Assembly: GCA_963822945.1 (NCBI GenBank)
Contig: CAWGJO010000020.1
Span: 288,001-352,000, forward strand
Direction: 5' to 3'
From: an uncultured Gemmatimonadaceae bacterium
GTDB lineage: Bacteria > Gemmatimonadota > Gemmatimonadetes > Gemmatimonadales > Gemmatimonadaceae
Length of the DNA: 64,000 nucleotides
The notes beneath the pieces were generated by a model, which was not told the DNA's origin, ran no database searches, and was given only the letters and a program-made list of their open reading frames with translations. The stretch's first letter is position 1; each line of letters starts with the position of its first letter. This document shows, piece after piece, positions 43,009-53,106 of the stretch. The translations under genes and the position numbers were made by a program.

Positions 43009-43144
43009 CCACGCTGCCAGACCCCGCTCTCGGTAACCCCTTTCCCCAGCGCCTCCATCATCAACTCGCCGCGGGGCGCCACGAAATCCCCGCGGCGTGG
43101 CACTCTTTCGCCGGTGCGGGTATTCTTGGGAGAGGGAGGCCCGC

Positions 43145-44425
43145 ATGCGATTCCATACCTACACCAAGTTCAGCGCCGAAGCCGCCGACCAGGTGGACCT
43201 CCAGGCGCTCCTCGACAAGCTCGCGGACTTTCTCCTGCAGTCCGGGTTCGCCGGGGCCAACCTGCCATTCGGCGGCAACTTCGACTTCGAGGAGGAACAC
43301 GACCGGTCGCTCGACGCCCTGCGCCAGGCGATCCTCGACGCCCTCATCGAGAGCGGACAGTTCACCCCCGAGATGCTGGAGGCCCTGCGCGGCGAGGGCG
43401 ACGAGGAGTCGCAGGCCAAACTCGCCAAGCTGCTGGACGATCTCGTGCAACGCCTCATCGAGGAGGGGTTTCTCAACCTCGAGGCGCCACCCCAGATGCC
43501 CGGCGCCCACCAGCCGGTCGAGGGCCCGGGCAGCCTCGCCAAAGCCGCCGCCCGCGACGTCCAGTTCAACCTCACCGAGAAGGGCATCGACTTTCTCGGA
43601 TACAAGACGCTGCGGAACCTGCTCGGCTCGCTGGGCAAGTCGAGCGCCGGCAGTCACGAGACGCCCCATCTGGCCACCGGCATCGAGGCCGACGGCTGGA
43701 GCAAGCCGTACGAGTTCGGCGACGTCCTGAACCTCGACGTCAACGAAACCCTCAAGAACGCGCTCGCCCGCACCGGCAAGATCGAGGTGCCCATCGACCT
43801 CGACTACGGCGATCTGATGGTGCGCCAGGCCGAGTACCGCTCGTCGTGCGCCACCGTCCTGATGCTCGACTGCTCACACTCGATGATCCTGTACGGCGAG
43901 GACCGGTTCACGCCGGCCAAGAAGGTGGCCCTGGCGCTCACCCACCTCATCCGCACGCAGTTTCCCGGCGACACACTCAAGGTCGTGCTCTTCCACGACT
44001 CGGCTGAGGAGATTCCGATCGCCACGCTGGCCGGGGCGCAGGTGGGACCGTACCACACGAACACCGCCGAAGGGCTCAAGCTGGCCCGGCGGCTGCTGAT
44101 GGCCCAGAAGAAGGACATGCGGCAGATCATCATGATCACCGACGGCAAGCCGAGCGCGCTCACCATGCCCGACGGCCAGATCTACAAGAACGCGTTCGGG
44201 CTCGACCTCACCGTCATCCAGGAAACACTCAAGGAAGTGGCGCGCTGCCGGCAGGCCGGCATCATGATCAACACGTTCATGCTGGCGCGCGACCGGGCCC
44301 TGGTGGAATTCGTCAAACGCGTGTCGGAGATCAGCCGCGGCAAGGCGTACTTCACCACTACCATGAGTCTCGGCCAGTTCATCCTCATGGATTTCCTGAA
44401 GCGGAAGACGCGGAAGGTCTCATAG
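43145..44425 (+). CDS. VWA domain-containing protein
   Basis: [23 protein letters not shown]. Confidence 0.9.
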   Translation: MRFHTYTKFSAEAADQVDLQALLDKLADFLLQSGFAGANLPFGGNFDFEEEHDRSLDALRQAILDALIESGQFTPEMLEALRGEGDEESQAKLAKLLDDLVQRLIEEGFLNLEAPPQMPGAHQPVEGPGSLAKAAARDVQFNLTEKGIDFLGYKTLRNLLGSLGKSSAGSHETPHLATGIEADGWSKPYEFGDVLNLDVNETLKNALARTGKIEVPIDLDYGDLMVRQAEYRSSCATVLMLDCSHSMILYGEDRFTPAKKVALALTHLIRTQFPGDTLKVVLFHDSAEEIPIATLAGAQVGPYHTNTAEGLKLARRLLMAQKKDMRQIIMITDGKPSALTMPDGQIYKNAFGLDLTVIQETLKEVARCRQAGIMINTFMLARDRALVEFVKRVSEISRGKAYFTTTMSLGQFILMDFLKRKTRKVS

Positions 44426-44502
44426 CTCCATCCGCGCCCCGGCAACGGTCGTCCGGCCGGCCCCGCATCGATCCGACCACCGCCCGTGAGTTCTCCCGCC
44501 GG

Positions 44503-45145
44503 TTGCGCGCCTGGTTCCGCCGGAACCATCGCGACCTGCCCTGGCGCCGCACGCGCGACCCGTATCAGATCCTCGTCTCGGAACTGATGCTGCAGCAGAC
44601 CCAGGTCTCGCGCGTGCTGGAATTCTATCCGCGATTTCTCGCCCGGTTTCCCACGGTCCACCACCTGGCGCGTGCCACGCCAGGGCGCGTGCGCGAAGCG
44701 TGGGAGGGGCTCGGGTACTACGCGCGGGCCCGCAACCTGCACGCGCTGGCCCGGCACGTCACCCGGGACGGCGCTGACGGCGTGCTCCCCGCCCACCCCG
44801 ACGAACTCCGCGGCCTGCCGGGCATCGGCGCCTACACGGCGGGCGCGGTGGCGAGTTTTGCCTACGAGACGGCGCGCTGCGGCCGTGGACACCAATGTGG
44901 CCCGGGTGCTCACCCGCGCGTTCGCGCCGAAGCTCGACCCCAAACGCCCCCGGGACCTCACCACGCTCTGGGCGATCGCCGAGCGTGTTCTTCCCCGAAC
45001 GGGCAAGGCGACCTGGATACACAACCAGGCCCTCATGGAACTCGGGGCCCTCGTCTGCACCGCGCGGGTGGCCCGGTGCGAGGCGTGTCCGGTGCGGAGC
45101 TGCTGCAGGACCGGCCGGAAGGCCCGGAAGGGTCCGGCCTCCTGA
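44503..45145 (+). CDS. mutY: A/G-specific adenine glycosylase, short form, frameshift near 44870; start uncertain
   Basis: RDLPWR, VSELMLQQTQV, WEGLGYYARARNL, LPGIGAYTA; VDTNVARV and C-x6-C-x2-C-x5-C in the second frame. Confidence 0.85.
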
Positions 45146-45332
45146 GGTCGCCGGACCCCGACCACCGGCGGCGGGCGGGCGAGGTCCGATTCGGGGGAAT
45201 TCCAGCCACCCGATCGCCCGGGCGGCACAGGGGCGCCAACCGCCTTATCTTACGTACTCCGCCGGACGCGGCAGCCGTCCCGCCATTCTCATCGTCGGCC
45301 CCCTGGGGGCCCGACCCAACCCCACCCGACCA

Positions 45333-45497
45333 TTGGCGAAGAAACCCAACTACGGATTCCAGAAGCACATGAAGGAACTGGCGCGCAAGAAGAAGAAGGA
45401 GGAGAAGCGCCAGCAACGCCGTGAGGCCGCTGCGGCCAAGCGGGAACAGACGGACACCACTCCGGTGGAAGGCGACCCAGAGGCCGAACAGGAATAA
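45333..45497 (+). CDS. Small basic protein (54 aa, TTG start)
   Basis: (M)AKKPNYGFQKHMKELARKKKKEEKRQQRREA... with an acidic tail; purine-rich coding-like sequence in an intergenic gap. Confidence 0.7.
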   Translation: MAKKPNYGFQKHMKELARKKKKEEKRQQRREAAAAKREQTDTTPVEGDPEAEQE

Positions 45498-45527
45498 TCG
45501 GCTGCGCGCTTCGGCACGCCCCCTGAA

Positions 45528-47489
45528 ATGACGCTCCTCTCCTTTTCCGACGTCGGCGTCGATTTCGGCGCCAACACGCTGTTCTCCGGCATCACGTTCA
45601 CGGTCGGCGCCGGAGACCGATGGGGCATCGTCGGCCGCAACGGTACGGGCAAGACCACCTTGTTCCGTCTCCTCACCGGGGAGATGGAACCCACGCGCGG
45701 CGCTATCGCCCGGCAACCCGGGCTGCGGGTCTCGCTGCTCGAGCAGCACCGCGACTTCGGCGATGCGGCCACGGTGTGGGAAGCGGCGGCCGGAGAGTTG
45801 CGCGAACTCCTGATCCTCGAGCGTTCGCTGGTGGATCAGGCGGCGGCGTTGGCCCACGACTCGTCGGACGAAGCGATGGAGCGCTACGGCCGGGACCTCG
45901 AGCGGTTCGAGCACGAGGGAGGCTACGAGGTCACGTCGCGCATCGACGCGGTGCTGCATGGCCTCGGCTTCGATCCCGTCACGGCCCGCACCACGCCGGT
46001 GAGCGTGCTGAGCGGCGGTGAACGCGGCCGCCTCGGGCTGGCCCGCCAGCTCACGAGCACCGCCGACGTGCTGCTCCTCGACGAGCCGACCAACCATCTG
46101 GACCTCGAGACCACCGAGTGGCTGGAGAACTACCTCCGGAACGTCGGGAAGACGGTGCTCCTGGTCAGCCACGACCGTGCGTTCCTGGCCGGCACGGTGG
46201 ATCACATCCTGCATTTCGAGGGCACCACGGCCACGCCGTACGGCGGCGGGTATCAGGCCTTCGTGGCCCAGCGCGCCGAGCGGCGCCTTACGCAGCAGCG
46301 GGCGTTCGAACAGCAGCAACGCAAGATCGCGCAGGAGAGCGACTACATCGCGCGCAACATCGCCGGCCAGAACAGCCGCCAGGCAAAGGGCCGGCGCAAG
46401 CGACTGGAACGCCTGCCCCGCCTCAGCGCCCCGGTGGGCGGCGAGGACGCAATGGCGCTGCGGTTCGACGTTCACCATCGCGGCGGCGACCGGGTGGTGC
46501 AGGCGGCGAACGTCTGTGTGAAGGTTGGCGAGCGCGTGCTGGTGGAGCGCTTCAACGGCACCCTGATGCGCGGCGACGTGCTCGGGCTGATCGGGCCCAA
46601 CGGCGCCGGGAAGTCCACCCTCATCCGCGCGCTGTTCGGCGAGCACCCGGTGACGTCGGGCGATCTCAAGCTGGGCGGCTCGATCGACGCCGGCTGGTAC
46701 CGGCAGGATCTCTCCCAGGTGCCGCTGGGCCGGACCATCTATCAGACCATCGAGGACCTGCGTCCCACGTGGGACCGCCGCCTGGTCCAGGGACACCTGG
46801 GCCGGTTCGGCTTCTCCGGCGACGAGGTCCAACGCCGCGTCGAGACGCTGTCGGGGGGCGAGCGGGCCCGCGTGGCGCTGGCCATGCTCATGCTGTCGCA
46901 CGCGAATCTGCTCGTGCTCGACGAGCCCACGAATCACCTGGATGTCGAATCCATCGAGGCACTCGAAGACGCCATCGACGCGTACGACGGTACGGTGATT
47001 CTGGTGAGCCACGACCGCGAGCTCCTCCGCACCCTGACCACCAAGGTCTGGGTGCTGCACGACACGCACATCACAGAATTCAACGACGGGTTCGCGGAGT
47101 GGGAGGTGGTGAGCGCCGAGCGTGCGCATGCGGCGTCGGTGCGTGCGGCCGAGGACGTGGCACTCCGCCGCGTGCATGAGCGCAAACGCACGTCCGCCCA
47201 ACGGGAGCGCGAGTCGAATTCGACGGCGGACCCCCGCAAGCAGCTCCGCACCGCAGAGCGCGAACTGGAATCCGCCGAAGCCGACGTGGAGCGGCTGGAA
47301 GCCGAGGTCACCGCGCTCACGTCGGCGCTGGAGGACCCGGATCTCTACACGCGTGCCGACGGCGCCGCCGAGGCCACACGGCTCGGCGGCGAGTTGGATG
47401 CGCGCAAGCGAGAACTGGATTCCGCGCTCGAGCGGTGGGGCGCCGCGAGCGAGCGGGCCGAGGCGTTGGCCGCCGGCGGACAGGCCTAG
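45528..47489 (+). CDS. ABC-F family ATPase (Uup/YdiF-like)
   Basis: Two ABC domains (GRNGTGKT, GPNGAGKS, LSGGE, DEPTNHLD x2), no TM, C-terminal coiled coil. Confidence 0.93.
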   Translation: MTLLSFSDVGVDFGANTLFSGITFTVGAGDRWGIVGRNGTGKTTLFRLLTGEMEPTRGAIARQPGLRVSLLEQHRDFGDAATVWEAAAGELRELLILERSLVDQAAALAHDSSDEAMERYGRDLERFEHEGGYEVTSRIDAVLHGLGFDPVTARTTPVSVLSGGERGRLGLARQLTSTADVLLLDEPTNHLDLETTEWLENYLRNVGKTVLLVSHDRAFLAGTVDHILHFEGTTATPYGGGYQAFVAQRAERRLTQQRAFEQQQRKIAQESDYIARNIAGQNSRQAKGRRKRLERLPRLSAPVGGEDAMALRFDVHHRGGDRVVQAANVCVKVGERVLVERFNGTLMRGDVLGLIGPNGAGKSTLIRALFGEHPVTSGDLKLGGSIDAGWYRQDLSQVPLGRTIYQTIEDLRPTWDRRLVQGHLGRFGFSGDEVQRRVETLSGGERARVALAMLMLSHANLLVLDEPTNHLDVESIEALEDAIDAYDGTVILVSHDRELLRTLTTKVWVLHDTHITEFNDGFAEWEVVSAERAHAASVRAAEDVALRRVHERKRTSAQRERESNSTADPRKQLRTAERELESAEADVERLEAEVTALTSALEDPDLYTRADGAAEATRLGGELDARKRELDSALERWGAASERAEALAAGGQA

Positions 47490-47498
47490 CGCAACGAC

Positions 47499-50181
47499 TC
47501 AGCGGACCGTCAGGAAACCGCGCAGCCGGATGTCACGGGAACTGGCACCGACCATCACCCGGAACCGCCCGGGTTCCACGATCCAGTGCATCGCCTGATC
47601 GAGCATGTGGAGTTCGTCGGGCCCCAGACGGAAGCTCACCTCCGCCGATTGACCGGGCGCCAGATGCACGCGGCGAAACCCTTCGAGTTGCATCACCGGG
47701 CGACCGGCCGAGGCGAGGACGTCGTGTATATATAGTTGCGCCACCTCGTCGCCTGCCCGCTGCCCGACATTCGTGACCGTGCATCGCACGACCGCCGACT
47801 GCCGGGTGCCGATGGTGTCCGGCGTGATGCGAAGGTTGGAATAGTCGAATCGCGTGTAGCTCAGCCCGAATCCGAACGGGAAGAGCGGCTGGCCGGTGAG
47901 ATCTCCGTAGTCGTCCCCCCGGCCGGTGGGTTGGTGGTCGTACACGAGCGGCAGTTGCCCCTCGGCCACCGGGAAGGTGACGGGCAGGCGGCCCGCGGGA
48001 TCGGCGTCACCGAACAGCACGTCGGCCACGGCGGGTCCGCCCTGCTCCCCCGGGTACCAGGCATCGAGCACCGCATCCACGCGGCCGAGCCATCCGGACA
48101 TCGTGATCGGCGCTCCCGCCGACGAGCACCACGACCACCGGTTTGCCGGTGGCAGCCACGGCGTCGATCAGCGCTTGCTGATGCCCGGGCAAGCCGAGCA
48201 GCGCGCGATCGTGGAACTCCCCTTCCTCGATCCCGGCGACGACCACGGCCACGTCACTGCGGCGCGCCACCTCCACGGCGCTGTCGATCGCCGCCTGCCA
48301 GTCGTCCGGCACCCCCGCATCCCAGACCAGCTTCACCCGCGCGCCCCCCGTGCTCTCGTAGTAGTCGAGGCGCACGGTGTGGGTGCTGCCCGGCGCCAGC
48401 GCGACGTCGGCCATGCGCGTTCCGTACGACCGCTTGATCCAGTCGTCGATGACGAGCTTGCCGTCGACGTAGAGCCGGTAGCCGTCGTTGCCCTCGACGC
48501 CCAGTCGGTGGACGCCGCCGGCCGGCGCGGTGATCGATCCGGTCCAGCGCACCGAGTACCAGTCGAACGGGATCCCGCGGGCCGGCGAATTCAGCGTCCA
48601 GCCGAAGTCGACGGCGTGATCGATGCGGGTGATGAGCGGCGCGCCGTCGAGACCGGTTGTTCGCCCAGTATTCCGCGCGCAGACCATGCACGGTACGGCC
48701 ACTGTCGACGGTCGAGAGGCGTTCGGTGGGAACCGGCACGTACGTCACGGACGACCGCCCGGGTCCGGGCGCGAAGCGCACGCGGGCGGCGCCCAGGCGG
48801 CCGCGAAGCGCATCGAGGATCGACACGCGGCGCCCGCCGGGCGCGCTGTAGTCGCCGAGTCTGGCCTCCGATGCGTCGGCGCCGATGACCGCCACCGACC
48901 CGATGCTATCGGAGAGCGGCAGCGTCTGCGTGGTCGTTCTTGAGGAGGACGATCGCCTCGCGGGCCGCCCGGCGGGCCAGGCGCGATATGGGCGGGGCTT
49001 CCGTTCACGGCCGCAGCGTGTTGGGGATCGACGAACGGATGGTCGAACAGCCCGAGCTGGAACTTCACGCGCAGCACGCGCGCCACCGACGAGTCCATCA
49101 CGGCCTGCGGCACGAGCCCGCGCTCGAACGCGGCGAGGTATGGGCGATACTGGGGATACGAGGACTGGAACACCACGTCGAGCCCGGCACGGAAGGCATC
49201 GCGCGTGGCCGTGGCGGTGCTTGCCTCGGTGTGCTGGAGCACCGTGGGCCCACCGGTGGCAGCCGCGTCGGAGATCACGAATCCCTTGAACCCCCAGGTG
49301 CGCTTGAGCGTTTCGGTGAGCAGCGCGCGGTTCTGGGTGGCCGGGATGCCGTTCACGGAGTTGTACGCGCTCATCACCGAGCGAGCGCCGGCCTGGGTAA
49401 CGGCCGCCTTGAACGGCGGGAAGAAGTATTCGCCCAGCACGCGGGGGTCCCAGTCGATGGGATAGCTGTCGCGCCCGCCGGCGCCGACGTTGGCCACGAA
49501 GTGCTTGGGGGTCGTGACCACACCAGCGTGCTCGAAAGGCTCGATGAAGTTGCGCGCCATCACCGAACTGAGATAGGGATCCTCGCCGTACGTCTCCTCG
49601 ACGCGCCCCCAGCGCACGTCGCTGGCGATGTTCACCACCGGCGACAGCACCTGCCGGATGCCGCGGCTGCGCGTCTCCTGCGCGATGGCCGTGGCGACGT
49701 CGGTCATCAGCGTGGTATCCCACGTGGCGGCCAGGGCGATGGCCTGCGGGAACACCGTAGCGCCCTCGCGCACCAATCCGTGCACCGCCTCGTCGAACGG
49801 GATGATCGGGATGCCGAGCCGCGTGCTGTCCACGAAGTAGCGTTGGATGGCGTTGATCCGCTCCGCCTGCTCGCCGGCGGCGCCGGCCAGCGGAACGCTG
49901 TCGCTACCCGGGGCCTCGCTGATCTGGAGCCCGAACACACCGTGCGAGTAGTCGTCGGCCGGATTGTCCCGGCTGCCGGGAATCATGAACAGCTGCCAGA
50001 ACTTGTCGCGCAGGCTCATGCGGCGCATGAGGTCGTGCACACGCGCGTCGACCGGGAGCCGCGGGTTCCGGTAGGGGGCCAGGGAGTCCGGGGGAGCGGT
50101 CCGCTGCGCGGCGAGCGGTGCGGCGGCGATCGTGCTTCCGGCCAGGCCGAGGACGGCCAGCAGGCGAAGGGAGTGGCGCAT
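47499..50181 (-). CDS. GH3 beta-glucosidase with PA14 and Fn3-like domains, several frameshifts
   Basis: Signal peptide MRHSLRLL; RLGIP..DEAVHG, RWGRVEETYGEDP, KHF, VISD; PA14 YSVRWTG; PFGFGLSY, EVAQLY. Confidence 0.9.
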
Positions 50182-50415
50182 GAAGGCGGATCGTACCAGT
50201 GGCGGCGGCCATTTGCCAGCATGCCGACGGTCCGGTTGGCGGACCGCCGCGGCAGGAAGTTTGTGATTTCTTTGTGCGCGCCGGCGTTCATGGTAGCGCC
50301 GGGGGATTGCGAGCGTGGACGGATCAACCAATGGGGAGTGGACTACTTGCGGATCGATCCCGGAGGCTAAAAGATACTTTATCCAATCTGGACCCTCCCG
50401 CCCCTCCCCCTCCCT

Positions 50416-52789
50416 GTGATCCCCCTGCACTCCCACCCCCTCGCACGTCCACGCCGGCTGGGCATCCTCGCGCTCGCCGCGGTACTCGTCCCGTGCGCCA
50501 GGCTCGGCGCGCAGGTGGATTACCACCGCGCCGAACAGGCGCTGACGTGGAACGAGCTGCGGCTGGTGTACGGGGACTACATCGCGCCGCAGTGGATGCG
50601 CGACGGCTCGCGCTTCTGGTACCGCGTGCACACGCGGGCGGGATGGGCGTTCATGCTCGAGGATCCCGCGCACCTGCGCCGGGCGCCGCTGTTCGACAAC
50701 GCGAGACTCGCGGCGGCCATGTCGTTGGCCGGCGACACGAGCTACGATCCGACCCGGCTGCCGTTCACCACCTTCGATTTCGGCGGTGACGGGCGCGACG
50801 AGGGACACATCGCGTTCCGGGCACACGACAAACGATTCGTCTGCGACATCGTGGGTTATGCCTGCTCGGTGGGCGACACGCTTCCGAGCCGGGTACCCTA
50901 CGTGCGGTCTCCCGACGGCACGCTTGAGGCTTTCATCCGCGGGCACAACGTGTACGTCCGCACCGTCGGGAGTTCCGACTCGACGGCGCTCACGAGCGAC
51001 GGCGAGAACCTGTTCGGCTACGGCTACGCGGCGATGCGGCCTACCCAGGAGATCCACCCGACGCCGCAACGGCCCACGCTGCAGTGGTCGCCCGACTCCA
51101 AGCGGATTGCGGTGGCCCGATTCGACGAACGGCACGTGTTGACGATGCCGCTGATCTCGATGACGTCGCAGCGCCCGAAGCTGTACACCTACCCATACGC
51201 GCTTCCCGGCGATTCCGTGATCCCGCGCTTCGACATTCACCTGCTCGACGTCGCGGCGCGCACCGACGTGCGGGTGGACGTGCCGCCGCAGAATGCACAG
51301 GACAACGGGCTCACCGGCATGCAGGACTCGAGCTGGATCAGCGTGAAGTGGAGTCCCGACTCGCGCCATCTCTACTTCACGTACGCCGACCGCGGCCCCA
51401 AGCACGTGCAGTTGATGGAGGCCGACGCGTCGACCGGCCGCGCCACCTCGCTGTTCACGGATTCCAGCCGCACCTACGTCGAGTTGAACCTCGAATCGGG
51501 CGGCGCCCCGAACTGGACACCGGTGGATGCCGGCCGCGACGTGATCTGGTTCTCGGAGCGCGACGGCTGGGGCCACCTGTATCTCCTCGACGCGCATGGC
51601 GCGCTGGAGCACCGCCTCACGCCGGGCGCGTGGACGGTGGGCGACCTGGTGCACGTCGACTCCGTCGGCCGGTGGGTGTACTTCACCGCACGGGGCCGAG
51701 AGGCTGGGGACCCGTACTACGCGCGGCTCTATCGCGTGCATCTCGACGGCAGCGCGCTGCAGCTGCTGACGCCGGAGGCGGCCGACCACACGGTGCGCAT
51801 GACGCCGTCCGGCCGCTACATCGTGGACACCTATTCCACCGTCCGGCGGGCGCCGGTCACGGTGCTGCGCACGCCGGACGGCAAGGTGGTGCAGACGCTG
51901 GAGACGGCCGACATCAGCGACCTGCTCGCCTCCGGATGGCGCTATCCGGTGCCGTTCACGGTGAAGGCGCGCGACGGCGTGACCGATCTGTACGGCGTGA
52001 TGTTCCTGCCCGCCGACTTCGACTCGACGAAGCGCTACCCGGTCATCGACCACATCTATCCCGGCCCGCAGATCATCGCCGCCCCGAAGAGCTTCTATCC
52101 CACGAGTTCGCCGGCGCTCGAATACTCGCTCAATGGGGCAGGTCGAGGCGCTGGCCCAACTGGGATTCGTCGTCGTCGAAGTCGACGCCATGGGCACGAA
52201 CCTCCGGTCGAAGGCCTATCACGACACGTGGTACGCCGACATGCACGACAACGGCATTCCGGATCACGTGACGGCCATCAAGCAGCTGGCGGTGCGGTAC
52301 CCGTTTCTCGATCTCGATCGCGTGGGCATCTACGGCCACTCGGGCGGCGGCTTCGCCTCCACCGACGCCATGCTCAGCTACCCGGACTTCTACAAGGTGG
52401 CCGTATCGAGTTCCGGCAATCACGACAACCGCAGCTACTACTACGGCTGGGCGGAGCGGTACCAGGGGCTGCTGGTGCGCGACACCGCCCGCCACACCGA
52501 CAACTACGCGAGCGCCGCCAACAAGTCCTACGTGAAGAATCTCAAGGGGAAGCTGTTCCTCATTCACGGGGACATGGACGACAACGTCCATCCAGCGAAC
52601 ACCATCCAGATGGTGGATGCGCTGATCAAGGCGAACAAGTCGTTCGACCTCCTGATTTACCCCGACCGCAATCACGGCATCACGCAGGAACCGTATCTCA
52701 TCCGTCGGACGTGGGACTACTTCGTCCAGAATCTGCTGGGGGCCACCCCGCCCCACGACTATGACATCGCGCCACCGCCGGCGCGGTGA
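50416..52789 (+). CDS. S9B (DPP IV-like) peptidase 1, frameshift near 52133
   Basis: Signal peptide, beta-propeller (WSPD, SERDGWGHLY), YPGP, GHSGGG, HGDMDDNV, NHG. Confidence 0.9.
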
Positions 52790-53106
52790 ACGGCATGCTC
52801 GGATGCTGCAATCGTTCTGTTCGCTTTTCGACCACGTGGAATTTCGCGGTGACGCGAGAGGCCGTTTGTTGAGTTGAGTCATTGTTCCGCGATCGCGGTC
52901 GTCCAACGCCGCGTGGTGCGGAACCCCGATTGAATGAAGCTCCAGCGCATCGGCTGCCCCGTGTGTGCGCCGCGCTGGAATACCCTACGCAGCTCCCCTC
53001 CCTAATCGAGTTCATCGGCGCGCCGTTGCGGCGCCGTGCAGTGCGGCCGATGGCCGCTTGGCAGTCATCCTTCCCACCCCTACCCTGGCCCGGGGGACCC
53101 TTCCCT

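Noticed and set aside
48745..52197. 1150-aa minus-strand ORF
   Set aside because: Only the portion from 50181 downward is the GH3 gene; the rest is antisense to the S9B peptidase.
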